DNA of 63,314 nt, counting the filler, from Octopus bimaculoides (lineage: Eukaryota): NCBI RefSeq assembly GCF_001194135.2. It is 5 parts of 5 records of this genome, joined end to end, with 100 filler letters (N's around TTAATTAATTAA, not from the genome) between each part and the next. Parts side by side here need not be neighbours in the genome. Positions count along the whole stretch, not along the records: positions 29,779 to 53,892 come from NC_068986.1; positions 53,993 to 58,899 come from NC_068990.1; positions 59,000 to 63,314 come from NC_068983.1; 2 more parts are not named here. One strand, written 5' to 3'. The position numbers were made by a program, and so were the translations under genes. The notes beneath the pieces are model-generated. The model was not told where the DNA came from, did not search any database, and was given only the letters and a program-made list of their open reading frames with translations. Shown piece after piece: positions 49,406 to 62,077 of the stretch; position 1 is the stretch's first letter, and every line of letters starts with the position of its first letter.

Positions 49406-49478
49406 ACATACACGCATATTCTTCTTAGAAACATACACGCATATTCTTCTTAGAAACATACACGCATATTCTTCTTAG
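49406..49478. repeat. 25-bp tandem repeat x3
   Basis: acatacacgcatattcttcttagaa at 49406, 49431 and 49456 (last copy truncated). Confidence 0.95.
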
Positions 49479-50408
49479 GGCACCGTCGTCACATACAAAG
49501 CGGGTTTGCATTTTAAACTGCGTGAAGCCAAACCCTGAATATAATCTACTATTCCAAAGGTGATGCGTGCGCATGCGTGCGCATGCGCGTGCATGCGTGT
49601 GTGTGAGAGACAGAGAAAGAAAGAGAGAAAGAGGGAAAAGGTGATAGAGTGTGTGTAAGTGTACGTGTGTATGAGAGAGAGAGAGAATGAGAGAGAGTGT
49701 GTGCATGTGTATAAAGAGTAATAAAGGATCACAGTTCTAGACTGATGTATCGTTCACGGCCCCAAATGAAGGACAAGTACAGTTGACCTTATTAAGATTT
49801 GAACTCAAAGTGCAGAAATACCAATCGATTACTACAATGTACTTTCTCTACCATTTCGCCTCTTATATATAAGTCGGTATATAACAAACAAACACACTTA
49901 CGCATATAAATACACGCACACACATATGGAGAGAGACAGTCCAACATACACGTATCCATGTATGCCTGTGTGTTTGTATGTATGTGTGTATGCGTACATA
50001 TTTGTGACATTACATATATTATACAAGGAAAAATAGAAAACAAATATTAATATGATTAAATTTAAACGTGATCTGTTAACAATAAATTAAACAGTTAGTG
50101 ATTTTCCATCAATCAAGAACTAAAACAAACATATGATGGAAAACAAATAATAATAATAATAATAATAATAAAGAAGGTAAGAACAACAAAAAATAACAAG
50201 ATTAAACAAATACGTAAAATAAAAATACAAGTGAGTATTGGAAATTGAATTAATGTAAACGAGAGCGACATCTTGCGTGATTTCAACCAATTAACACTTA
50301 ATATTAGAGAGTATTTTTCTGACGTTAACGTTTTCATCACGCTTAGTTATAATATTGTCAGCACCTGTTATATCACGCAACTTCCACTACACATGACTGG
50401 CATCCTCC

Positions 50409-50443
<35 letters not shown>

Positions 50444-51394
50444 ACATGTATGTATATATGTGTGTATGCATGTATGTGTGTATGTGTATGCCTGTCTGTC
50501 TGTAAGCATTTATGTATGTATGCATGTTTGTATGTATGCATGTATGTATGTACGTATGTATGTATGTATGTATAAATGTATATATGTATGAGTGTATGCA
50601 TGTATGAATGTATATATGTATGAGTGTATGTATGTATGTATCTATGCATGCATGTATGCATGTAAGTATTTATGTATGTATGGTTGCATTTATGCATGTA
50701 AGTATTTATATATATGTATGTTTGTATGTATGTATGTACAGGTATAAATGTGTGTATGTATGCATGTTTGCATATATGGAAGCATTTAGATATGCATGTA
50801 TGCATGTAAGTTTTTATGTATGTACCCATGTATACATGTATATATGTACGTACGTATGAATATAATTGCCCATGTATTTATGCACCTATGTATGTAATTG
50901 CGTATGCTTGACTACATGTAAGTATGTATACAAGTATGTATGCATGCAAACATGTCTGTGTGTATGCATGTATTACAACATTNNNNNNNNNNNNNNNNNN
51001 NNNNNNNNNNNNNNNNNNNNNNNNNNNNNNNNNNNNNNNNNNNNNNNNNNNNNNNNNNNNNNNNNNNNGTGTATGTATGTATGTATCTATGCATGCATGT
51101 ATGCATGTAAGTATTTATGTATGTATGGTTGCATTTATGCATGTAAGTATTTATATATATGTATGTTTGTATGTATGTATAAGACTGCAAAATGTATATA
51201 CGCATATAGTCTTCAACTACAATTTGAGTATCTAACAGGTTCACACACACACACACACACATACATGTGTGTTAGTGTGTGTGTGTATGTGTGTGTGTGC
51301 ATGTGTGTGTGTTGTGTATGTATCTATACCTTTGTGATGGGTTTGTGTGTTTATTTAGAAGCAATAAAACTGAATTGTTTGATATAGTCAGTTA

Positions 51395-51829
51395 TCAAAG
51401 GTGTATAGTATATATATATATATATATATATGGTTGTTTGTCTAATGGCTTGAAAAACTTCGGTCGACTAATGTCATCCAGGCATTCTTGTGTATCTTTT
51501 CTCTTGTCAAAGACAATATTCCTCCGTCGTTCGCTACCTAACCTCGTCTGGCCTAACGGCCCTCCATGTTTGGTTTCGTTTGGTTTGTTGTCTGTCTCTA
51601 CTGTCCTGTTTTTGTTACGAACTTTGACCCTCCGCAAATCGCAAATTTTATTTTGGTTCGCGGGTGCAACTGCCTTTCGAAGCCTCATATTGTCACTAAT
51701 TTCTCGAAATGAGGAGTAGATGGACGGCCGACAATTGATGAAGGGTCGTTCTTTATGTTACTTGTCTTTTCCACTTGTTTCGTTGTTCGCATACCCAAAT
51801 TTGTCTTCGTATTTCATGTTGTTTACATT
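51395..51829 (-). pseudogene. Unidentified coding-like frame with one internal TAA (candidate exon or pseudogene/TE ORF fragment)
   Basis: NVNNMKYEDKFGYANNETSGKDK*HKERPFINCRPSIYSSFREISDNMRLRKAVAPANQNKICDLRRVKVRNKNRTVETDNKPNETKHGGPLGQTRLGSERRRNIVFDKRKDTQECLDDISRPKFFKPLDKQP in unique CpG-rich DNA; cut upstream by a gap. Confidence 0.3.
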
Positions 51830-52064
51830 NNNNNNNNNNNNNNNNNNNNNNNNNNNNNNNNNNNNNNNNNNNNNNNNNNNNNNNNNNNNNNNNNNNNNNN
51901 NNNNNNNNNNNNNNNNNNNNNNNNNNNNNNNNNNNNNNNNNNNNNNNNNNNNNNNNNNNNNNNNNNNNNNNNNNNNNNNNNNNNNNNNNNNNNNNNNNNN
52001 NNNNNNNNNNNNNNNNNNNNNNNNNNNNNNNNNNNNNNNNNNNNNNNNNNNNNNNNNNNNNNNN

Positions 52065-52101
<37 letters not shown>

Positions 52102-52409
52102 TCACGTACATACTCGTGCTGTATACCTTCGTGCACTTATTGGCTTGACACTATTAGAGATAACTACGACTTTATTTGCCAAAGAAGTCTGATGTTGGAA
52201 ATTAATCACACCAGAAACGCCCAGACAGTATTAATCTTAAACAAACTAATTTCATAACGATCCACAAAACATATGACTAATGGCAACGTTATTAAAAAAA
52301 AAAAAAGAATACGATAACGGCAGCCATATTGGTTTTTTAATCTTCTGCTTTACGTTGCGTGTAATTCTGGCGTTTTTGTTTTTATAATTTTCTAATTAAT
52401 TTTACGTAG

Positions 52410-52462
52410 GAGTAGGTTGGCATTTGGAACAATTCAGAACATTCTAGACCGAAAATATGAAA
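52410..52462 (+). CDS. Candidate 53-nt internal coding exon (SRLAFGTIQNILDRKYE)
   Basis: Acceptor ttttctaattaattttacgtag|, donor GAAA|gtaaga, one open frame (phase 2 to 1); no homology recognised. Confidence 0.3.
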
Positions 52463-52539
52463 GTAAGAATAATGATTTTCGTTTAATTCCTTGCCTTCGA
52501 TGTTAAAAACATGTTCCCCATGTTCTTGCCGACTCATAT

Positions 52540-52975
52540 ATAGTTGTATGGTTAAGAAGTACGGTTTGCAATCACGTGGTTTGGGGTTTAGTTTCATGGG
52601 CAAGTATTTTCTTTTACTGAAGCACCGGGCCAAGCTATAGCTTGAAAGTGAATCTGATTGCCGGAAACTGCATGGAAGCCCGTCATATATATATATAGGG
52701 CGGGCCGAAATTAGTGCCTGAACTTGAGTTTTTAACTTGAGTTCTTAGTGACTAGTACGACGAAGGACAATGTCATCGCATATTTGTCGTAAAGAAACAA
52801 TTGTAACTAGTGGAACATAATATATAGTATATTGTTTCTGTCCCTGTAGCTTAATGATTCCACCAAAAGAATAAGTAAAATTCAGTACTGAGGACGATTT
52901 GTTCGACCAAATACTTCAAGGTGATGCCTCAGCATGGCCACAGTCCTAAGACTGAAACAAGTAGAAGACGAAAAA
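52540..52975 (+). mobile_element. Decayed SINE family A split by unrelated sequence
   Basis: 5' half 52540-52690 (ggaaactgcatggaagcccgtc); 3' tail 52860-52975 (cagcatggccacagtcc..gactgaaacaag). Confidence 0.55.
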
Positions 52976-53669
52976 TAAATGGTATATTGGTTTATATTAC
53001 ACAGCAATTTGTGAAGAATAACTTTAGCGTATAGAAGCCCTATAGGTTTCAATGCATCTAAGGTTGGTTCCTTGCATTTACGTCAAAGAGAATGAGAAGG
53101 AAGTGGCTGTCGCTTGACGCGAAGTAAATATCTCAAGGGACTTTATTCTCAAAGGAAGAGTATGTCTGTTTCCTAATCGATATTCTTATTCTTTGCTGAC
53201 ATACACTAGCGAAAGAGACACAAACACACATATGGACTCCCATTCAAACAAACACACACCTAACGGATTCCCAATATTGATTGAAAGTAAATGTCTGGCT
53301 CTAATTAAGCAAAAGGAAGTAGCCATTACGGTTCAATAGCGAAGAAGAGTATTTATTCAAAGCAATATGAAGAACTACTTGGTGTTTTATGCACCTAATT
53401 CCTCGGTAACTGATTAAAAGGAGTTCATTTATATATACAGGCGATTGGGGGTGGGCGGGGTATGTTCACTGAAAAGAGTTTGGCTGAAGACTATAAGGTT
53501 CTGTAAAAGAACGTATATAGATTTTTTTTTAAAGTTCTGAAAACCAAAGAAAGAAAACCAATGATATAAAGAAAATATATAAAACGCATTTGTAGAATAA
53601 CAACGGCTTATAGAAATCATTTACCCTTTTTACATTCTCTCTCTCTCTCTTTCACACACACACCCAAAC

Positions 53670-53870
53670 ATTTGACCATGTTGAACCGTTAATTCCTACA
53701 CATTTTCGTCTCTCATCGTTTCTTTCGCTCTCTCTTCTCTCAACCATTTCTGTGGAATAACGTAAGCTCAAAACGTCAAATATTTTTCCATTCTTGCAGA
53801 GCGTCAAAATGACACACATGCGTGTTGTTCCCTTACCTGGCTTCGTCTTTTGTTTTTCTGTAAATTTGAA
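53670..53870 (+). mobile_element. Probable PLE terminal-repeat-derived dispersed repeat with very decayed hammerhead-like core
   Basis: ttctgtggaataacgtaagctcaaaacgtc resembles CTGANGA-stem-GAAAC.TC; assignment from recall. Confidence 0.3.
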
Positions 53871-53892
53871 CTATATATATATATATATATAT

Positions 53893-53992
53893 NNNNNNNN
53901 NNNNNNNNNNNNNNNNNNNNNNNNNNNNNNNNNNNNTTAATTAATTAANNNNNNNNNNNNNNNNNNNNNNNNNNNNNNNNNNNNNNNNNNNN
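53893..53992. other. Artificial scaffold-joining spacer
   Basis: N44 + TTAATTAATTAA (53937-53948) + N44. Confidence 0.95.
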
Positions 53993-54046
<54 letters not shown>

Positions 54047-54437
54047 CTACATGAATATGTATATGTATGTATATATATATATTATGCATATATATATACA
54101 TGTATACAGTATGTATATGCATCTATGTATATATATATATATTTATATGTATGTACATATACGTATGTATAAATTATCTATACGTCTATACATATATATA
54201 TATATACTGACACATATTTATTAATGTTTTATACAGACATATTCATGAATATTTATGTATAGATATATATTTTACTTATATATGTATGTTTAAAAACCTG
54301 TATGTAAAATGCATGTATATACATATATATATATATATGTATGTATGTGTATATATATATATATATATAAGATAAACTTAATTGGAAATAGATATATATA
54401 TCTATTGGAATTGGATTGGATATNNNNNNNNNNTATA

Positions 54438-54488
<51 letters not shown>

Positions 54489-54738
54489 GTTTATAACTTC
54501 AATACAACTGCATTGTGATATGAGCATTTCGTAGTTTTGCACTTGTCATCTGCATGTTAATCCGCGTGTTACCAAAGATGAAGAATTACCCTTGAAGTTA
54601 ATAGATAAAAAGATTGTCGAGTGACAACACTGTCTAACCAGAACCGATGGAAAAATATGCGAAAGAACTCTTAAGACTATAAACAGATTGAATAGTACTA
54701 GCATTAATTGTAATAGTAGTTTTAGTAGTAGTAGTAGC

Positions 54739-54795
<57 letters not shown>

Positions 54796-55223
54796 TGTAG
54801 TAGTAGTGGTAGCAGCAGTAGTAGTAGGGGTAGTAGAAGAAATATTACAGGTAATAATAATAATAATAATAATGATGATGATGATGACAATAGTAACAAT
54901 AATAATAATAGTAACAACAATAATAATATAAATAATGATATACAAAAAAAAAACAGCAACAAAAATTATTGAGATCACACGCAAAATTGCTTGCATACAC
55001 ATTCACATACATACATAAATACGCACCCACACATAGGTACACACACACACACACACACAGACACACACACACATATGCACACGTAGCGCATTTACATTCA
55101 TATATACTAAATGCACATGCGCAAACCCACCAGCACCCGTTTGTATGTAAGCATGTATATTTGTATAGGCGTAGGTATATTTATGTGTGCGGTTGTGCGT
55201 ATATAAGTATATATGTATATGTA

Positions 55224-55289
<66 letters not shown>

Positions 55290-56067
55290 NNNNNNNNNNN
55301 NNNNNNNNNNNNNNNNNNNNNNNNNNNNNNNNNNNNNNNNNNNNNNNNNNNNNNNNNNNNNNNNNNNNNNNNNNNNNNNNNNNNNNNNNNNNNNNNNNNN
55401 NNNNNNNNNNNNNNNNNNNNNNNNNNNNNNNNNNNNNNNNNNNNNNNNNNNNNNNNNNNNNNNNNNNNNNNNNNNNNNNNNNNNNNNNNNNNNNNNNNNN
55501 NNNNNNNNNNNNNNNNNNNNNNNNNNNNNNNNNNNNNNNNNNNNNNNNNNNNNNNNNNNNNNNNNNNNNNNNNNNNNNNNNNNNNNNNNNNNNNNNNNNN
55601 NNNNNNNNNNNNNNNNNNNNNNNNNNNNNNNNNNNNNNNNNNNNNNNNNNNNNNNNNNNNNNNNNNNNNNNNNNNNNNNNNNNNNNNNNNNNNNNNNNNN
55701 NNNNNNNNNNNNNNNNNNNNNNNNNNNNNNNNNNNNNNNNNNNNNNNNNNNNNNNNNNNNNNNNNNNNNNNNNNNNNNNNNNNNNNNNNNNNNNNNNNNN
55801 NNNNNNNNNNNNNNNNNNNNNNNNNNNNNNNNNNNNNNNNNNNNNNNNNNNNNNNNNNNNNNNNNNNNNNNNNNNNNNNNNNNNNNNNNNNNNNNNNNNN
55901 NNNNNNNNNNNNNNNNNNNNNNNNNNNNNNNNNNNNNNNNNNNNNNNNNNNNNNNNNNNNNNNNNNNNNNNNNNNNNNNNNNNNNNNNNNNNNNNNNNNN
56001 NNNNNNNNNNNNNNNNNNNNNNNNNNNNNNNNNNNNNNNNNNNNNNNNNNNNNNNNNNNNNNNNNNN

Positions 56068-56107
<40 letters not shown>

Positions 56108-56171
56108 CATACATACTTACATACACGCGTATATATATATATATACATACATATATATGTAGAAGTATGTA

Positions 56172-56202
<31 letters not shown>

Positions 56203-56479
56203 ATATGTATATATGTATATTTGTATAAATGTATGTACGTATACATATGTATAAACATATATTGGAAAATGTCTAGCAATAGTGTGCGAAAGAAAAAAAA
56301 AAGAACTGAAAAAAAAAAATATGCAGGATTTTGGAAAAGTGCATCTTACTGCATTTTCTTGGAATTTCCAACTGCAACATATTCCTGCACATCAAGCTCC
56401 ATGATCGAATAGCGAATGTTGAAGCGTTCCTCTCTTTACTATAAGGTGTACAAGCGTCTCTCATCCAGTGGGTGCAAGA

Positions 56480-56506
56480 CTCGTGTAGAAGCAGCAGCAG
56501 CAGAAA

Positions 56507-56538
<32 letters not shown>

Positions 56539-56729
56539 ACAGTAGCAGTAGCGGTAGCAGCAGAACCAAACATACATGCAAACAAACATACAAACAACAA
56601 ATTGCAACAATAGCAACAACAAAAACAACAACAACGACTGCTACCAGCGCAACAGCAATATTAATAACAATAAAGAGGACGACGACGACGATAATAACAT
56701 CAGCAACATTGCCATCTGCTGTATTGTTA

Positions 56730-56800
<71 letters not shown>

Positions 56801-57081
56801 TGGCCTTGTAATATTCCGAGTTCAAATCCTGCCGGAGTCAACTTTGCTTTTCATCGATTACGAGGTTTGTTAAAATGATATACCAGTTAAATCCTGGGAC
56901 TAACGATGTCACCTAACCCCCACCACCAACGTCTTCCCACCTCAAAAATGCTGGCCTTGTGCTTAGATCAAATAATAATAATAATAATAATAATAATAAT
57001 TATTATTATTTTTATCACTATCAGTATCATCATCATCATTATCATTATTATTACCGTTTAGCAGCAGTAGTAGTAGTAGCG

Positions 57082-57116
<35 letters not shown>

Positions 57117-57184
57117 GGTGGTGGTGGTGGTGGTAGTAGCAGTAGCAGTAGTAGTAGTAGTGGTAGTGGTAGTAGTAGTAGTAA

Positions 57185-57226
<42 letters not shown>

Positions 57227-58085
57227 TAGTAGTAGTAGTAGTTGTAATTTAAGACATGTTGGAATTTATAAAGAAGTATGTACGACAGTGGCAGTAAGAC
57301 CAAGAAAAAAAAAAGAAGAAAAAAAATTAACTGCACGACCAATGATGGCGGCTTGTTTAGTTAGATTAAGAAAAAGTCTGAGTTTGTAGCTAGAGTAATA
57401 ATAGAAGGAACTGTAAAACAGTAGCAACTACAATAATAACCTTTTCAGGTCCGTCTACAATAACAGTGGCAACAACAATAACAGCAATGAGAGATGTAAT
57501 AGTAACAAAACTTTATATTGGAAAAAAAAAAAAGAAAAAGAAAAAATGAAGCGCAAACGAACACATCGCTGACAGTGGCTAAGAAAGAAATAGCGGTACT
57601 AATAGTTTTGAGAATAACAATTACAATAGAAACAACTGCGGTTTGCAGTAGCAAACACAACAACAATAATCGCAACAACTATACTGTTACAAAGATAACG
57701 ATAAGAAAAAACAAAACAAAACTATATTAGCAACGAATGCGAACAACAACTGCAGTTATGCATTAGCAAAACAGGTATGATAGTGACAGTACGTTAGCAA
57801 CAACGACTATGATGACGGCTATTGCATTATCAACACATCTACAATAGTAACAACAATAACTACAACGGCTACATTAGCGATCACGACGATCACAACAACA
57901 CTAGCAACAACCGTAGTGAGACTAGTAGCGATGATAAAAACGCAACAACGGTAACGACCACAGCTACGTAAGAAAATAATAAACATTGGCAACGGCAACG
58001 ACAGATAAGGACAGAATAGAAAATACAGCGACAACATCAACAACGGCACAAACAACCAACACAACTATCACCAACGATAAACCGA
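56480..58085. repeat. Compound and cryptic trinucleotide repeat region (GCA, AAC, ATT, GTA, GGT; AAN periodicity)
   Basis: Directly visible; stops in all frames outside the pure runs. Confidence 0.85.
56800..56975 (+). mobile_element. SINE family B after long (ATT)n
   Basis: ccgagttcaaatcctgccggagtcaactttgcttttcatc...taccag...ctggccttgtgc. Confidence 0.75.
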
Positions 58086-58094
58086 CGGCACAGC

Positions 58095-58330
58095 TAAAAC
58101 TTGTTATTCTTTAGCCCTAGGTCAGCCCTGGTCGAACATGCCTATGATCAACGGCATTTCAGCAATGACCGTTTTATTTATTTATTTTTTCTTATATGGA
58201 GGGAAATTAAGATATATTAGGATGCCCTTCTCTATGATGGTAGAGTGCGATGTGATTTGAAGGAAATTTGGTTGCTAATTCTAGAAATAACAACCAAACC
58301 CGCCTCAAATCTCACCCTTCTGTCTTAAAG
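58095..58330. mobile_element. Two SINE family F pieces joined as an inverted repeat
   Basis: gatttgaaggaaatttggttgctaatt-ctag-aaataacaaccaaacccgcctcaaatc forms an imperfect hairpin centred on 58281-58284. Confidence 0.55.
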
Positions 58331-58597
58331 ATGTGAAAGTGACATATTTCAAAATGTATTATACACACACACACATATGTGTGTGTGTGTGCGCGCGCGC
58401 AAGTATGTATGTTTATACAGACTTACTCCGAGTTGAAGCCAAGATAATAAACGAGGAGATATGTCATTAATTGCCTAATGCAATAAAAAAGGCTTCGATT
58501 CAAAATGATCACAATAAACGGCCTCCAAATACAGACACACATACACTCACATACATACATACATATATACATACATACATATATGTGTGTGTTTGGT

Positions 58598-58634
<37 letters not shown>

Positions 58635-58845
58635 TGTGTGTGTGTGTGAGAGAGAGAAAGAGAGGATGAGAGAGAGAGAGAGGAGAAAATACGTGATTGC
58701 CGCGGCTGGAGTGTCTTTGATCATAAGTAAATATGATCCGGGATGATTTGATGTGGAAGTGTGGGTGTGTTTGAAATAACACCAACAACGATAGCAATAA
58801 CAATTACAATTGCAGCCGTTGCAATACAACAACAACAACAACAAC

Positions 58846-58899
<54 letters not shown>

Positions 58900-58999
58900 N
58901 NNNNNNNNNNNNNNNNNNNNNNNNNNNNNNNNNNNNNNNNNNNTTAATTAATTAANNNNNNNNNNNNNNNNNNNNNNNNNNNNNNNNNNNNNNNNNNNN
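58900..58999. other. Artificial scaffold-joining spacer
   Basis: N44 + TTAATTAATTAA (58944-58955) + N44. Confidence 0.95.
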
Positions 59000-59084
59000 T
59001 TGAAACAGATATTGTTGTATTTGGGGATGGTCATATTGCCAGTTTAGCCAATAAAAACAGACGCACTGTATATTTGTACATTAC

Positions 59085-59155
59085 ATTACAATAATCCTAT
59101 TTCGGCCAGAGTTCGTTCGTTATCGTTGCCCTTCTGTGACCACATCAGTGGTCCT
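59085..59155 (-). ncRNA. Inverted, degenerate hammerhead-like motif upstream of the PLE RT
   Basis: Minus strand CTGATGt-ggtca...tggcc-GAAA-taggattatt; one core mismatch, stem I not convincing. Confidence 0.4.
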
Positions 59156-59391
59156 TTGCTTTCTTCTTTCTTATGTGTGTCCCACTTGCTAAGTATCAGC
59201 CATTTTGTATTTTGTATTCCTATTGTATGTGTCTAAGCATGCGTATCCCTCTATGTGTGTTTATGTTTTGTAAGTGCATGTGTGTGTTTGGGGAGTACCT
59301 GTATTATCTATATCCTCTGTTAATACATGTTCGTTTATTCTTGTTTTTATTTATTTATTTGTTGTAAATAAATGTAAATAAAGGGTGTATA

Positions 59392-60140
59392 GTGGGTAGC
59401 ATGGATGTGGTATCACTATACCCGTCTATCGACGTGGATTTTGCAGTGGAAAAGTGCGTAGAGATGATCAACAAGAGTGAAGTGGAGTTCCGCAATGTCA
59501 AAACAGAAGAACTGGGCCACCTATTTAGGTTGACATATGACGATGTATATCTAGATAAACACGACCTTAGAGATTTCTGCCCTAGTAGACGTTTAAGAGG
59601 TACCTTTATGGCTAGGAAGACCCCTATAGAGAGATGGAGCGGCTGGCCCAAGCCATACGGACCCCCGCTAATGTTCATCAGGTAAAGAAAATGATCGCAC
59701 ATGCACTAGGAGCTAGTATAAGAGTTACCCTAAAAGGCCACACATTTAAGTTTAACAACAAAATATCCGCCCAGGACGAGGGGGATATGTACTCTCGATA
59801 TGTCGATGATATCAACGTAGTAGTAAAGACTCCCACAAGAGAGTACTCTTGAAATAGAAATAGAAACTAATACTATGGAGAGCATCCAGCAAATAGCTAA
59901 CTCCATCCACCAGAGTATTAAGGTTACGATAGACTACCCTACTAAACACCCTAACCATAGATTACCTGTACTAGATACTGAACTCTGGCTAGAAACTGAG
60001 AATAATAAAACCCGAATCCTCCATTCACACTATGCCAAACCTATAGCCTCCAAATACCTGATCCACCGGAACTCAGCTATTGCGGACAATGCCAAATTCA
60101 ATATATTGATGGCAGACCTCGTCAGAGTAATGCGAAATGT
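59392..60140 (+). mobile_element. Penelope-like reverse transcriptase pseudogene, frameshifted and internally deleted
   Basis: Motif A GSMDVVSLYPSID; ...HTFKFNNKISAQDEG (start of B'); YSRYVDDI (motif C); TIDYPTKHPNHRLPVLDTELW (D/E); HYAKP..SKYLIHRNSA; NILMADLVRVMRN (thumb). Three overlapping ORFs: 59392, 59634, 59875. Confidence 0.85.
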
Positions 60141-61166
60141 GCAACATTTAAAACATTTAACAAGATATATGCGCAAAAAGGAAAATTATGTCAAGCATAA
60201 AAGGAGAACACGTAAAATGAAGAGAAGAAAAAGCAGCACATACCAAAACAAACGAAAATACAAACAATATAAAATCATATATAAAAACATCAAAGACTAG
60301 TACATCTAGAACGTAAGCCATAGAGGTAACAGAGCACGTGCACATCAAGGTAGATGATAAAAGGGAATAAAATAAAACCGTAGAACACTTAATGAATACA
60401 GAACCAACAAAAGCCAAGTTAGAAAATATAAATAAAAGGAATCTGAGAATGATTTAAAAATAGAGAAGTCTAAATATTGGAATTCTGAATATGAGAATAA
60501 TCTAAATATGGAAACAGTCAATCAAAATTAATAGATCTTCATATAGACCAATGAAAGATGCTCTCAAGGGCAAACATAAACGTTAAAATAACAACAAGAA
60601 TATATATAAAAAAAGAAAACTTAACCATCGTTGAATTATTAGCCGAAACAAGACTTCCTTGCTAAATTGCAGCGACTCCTTTGGTATGAAGTGCGATAAC
60701 GAGCCGATGAATCAAACGAAGAATTCACTTCTTGAACAAAAGGATTTTTTAAAGAGCTATGTAAAAATAAAATATGAATGAACGAAATACCAATAGCAAG
60801 AGAAGCAGAAGTTAAGGGAGGAGTATGGGCAACGAATGTATAGTTACAAACAAGAATGTATCAGAGATAAATAAATGAATAAATAAGACAGAATCTGACG
60901 GGATATGGATGTCCATATGGACAAAAGACATCCCAGATACTGAAATAAACGACCACACCTTCAAAGGCAATATGATCACAAAAAATAAATAACAAACTAG
61001 AAAAAACTGTTCTGTAGCAAAACCGAAGAATTCTGCAAAGCTTCATATGATTGCAAAGTTAATGTAATAATTAACAAAGTCATAAAAGATGTATAAGTAA
61101 AAAGAATAGCCTGCATATCAGGTTAGTACACCCAACCCCCAGTATTAATAGCATGTCTACGAGTTA

Positions 61167-61387
61167 TACGACTGGGTGCTGAAAACTTCCTGGTTTTAAG
61201 TGTATGGCGAAAGACCTGCTTGAAGGTCCAACCTTCTGAGTTCTTTTACAGGGCTTAGAAAAACTGAAGGGACGCTACAATAAGTTTGTGAATCTGAGAG
61301 AGGAGTATGTTGCATAAAATCATAATTAATTAATCCTCCTGCATTTTCTATTACCCAAAGCCAGGAACTCTTCAGCACCCCATCTTA
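61167..61387 (+). mobile_element. Mariner-derived MITE, uninterrupted, TA flanks
   Basis: TIRs tacgactgggtgctgaaaacttcctggtttt / aaagccaggaactcttcagcaccccatctta; retains transposase end GLEKLKGRYNKFVNLR(E)EYVA*. Confidence 0.85.
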
Positions 61388-61562
61388 TATGTAAAAGACT
61401 CCGTATATCATCAGTGTGACACAAAACTGTCGGCCCTTGATTCATTATTTTGATTCAGCTGCTTAAAAATAATACAATTTATATTCTTACATACCAACTG
61501 TTATTCATCTTATTCGTTCTACCATCTCACACACACACACACACACACACACGCACGCACAT

Positions 61563-61612
<50 letters not shown>

Positions 61613-62077
61613 NNNNNNNNNNNNNNNNNNNNNNNNNNNNNNNNNNNNNNNNNNNNNNNNNNNNNNNNNNNNNNNNNNNNNNNNNNNNNNNNNNNNNNNN
61701 NNNNNNNNNNNNNNNNNNNNNNNNNNNNNNNNNNNNNNNNNNNNNNNNNNNNNNNNNNNNNNNNNNNNNNNNNNNNNNNNNNNNNNNNNNNNNNNNNNNN
61801 NNNNNNNNNNNNNNNNNNNNNNNNNNNNNNNNNNNNNNNNNNNNNNNNNNNNNNNNNNNNNNNNNNNNNNNNNNNNNNNNNNNNNNNNNNNNNNNNNNNN
61901 NNNNNNNNNNNNNNNNNNNNNNNNNNNNNNNNNNNNNNNNNNNNNNNNNNNNNNNNNNNNNNNNNNNNNNNNNNNNNNNNNNNNNNNNNNNNNNNNNNNN
62001 NNNNNNNNNNNNNNNNNNNNNNNNNNNNNNNNNNNNNNNNNNNNNNNNNNNNNAGAATACTCCATTTACATAACCAG

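Noticed and set aside
50620-51180. ~110-bp exact duplication across gap 50983-51068
   Set aside because: Low-complexity (ATGT/ATGC) array next to a gap; probably an assembly duplication.
56340-56480. Minus-strand peptide ERFNIRYSIMELDVQEYVAVGNSKKM with a gtaaga donor
   Set aside because: Preceded by tandem stops and only purine-rich acceptors.
61150-61415. Minus-strand CTGATGA whose stem II might be split by the mariner MITE
   Set aside because: GAAA core is absent (GACA) and stems I and III are not found; too speculative.
1150-62073. Long ORFs (200-479 aa) consisting mostly of X
   Set aside because: They run through N gaps and are artefacts.
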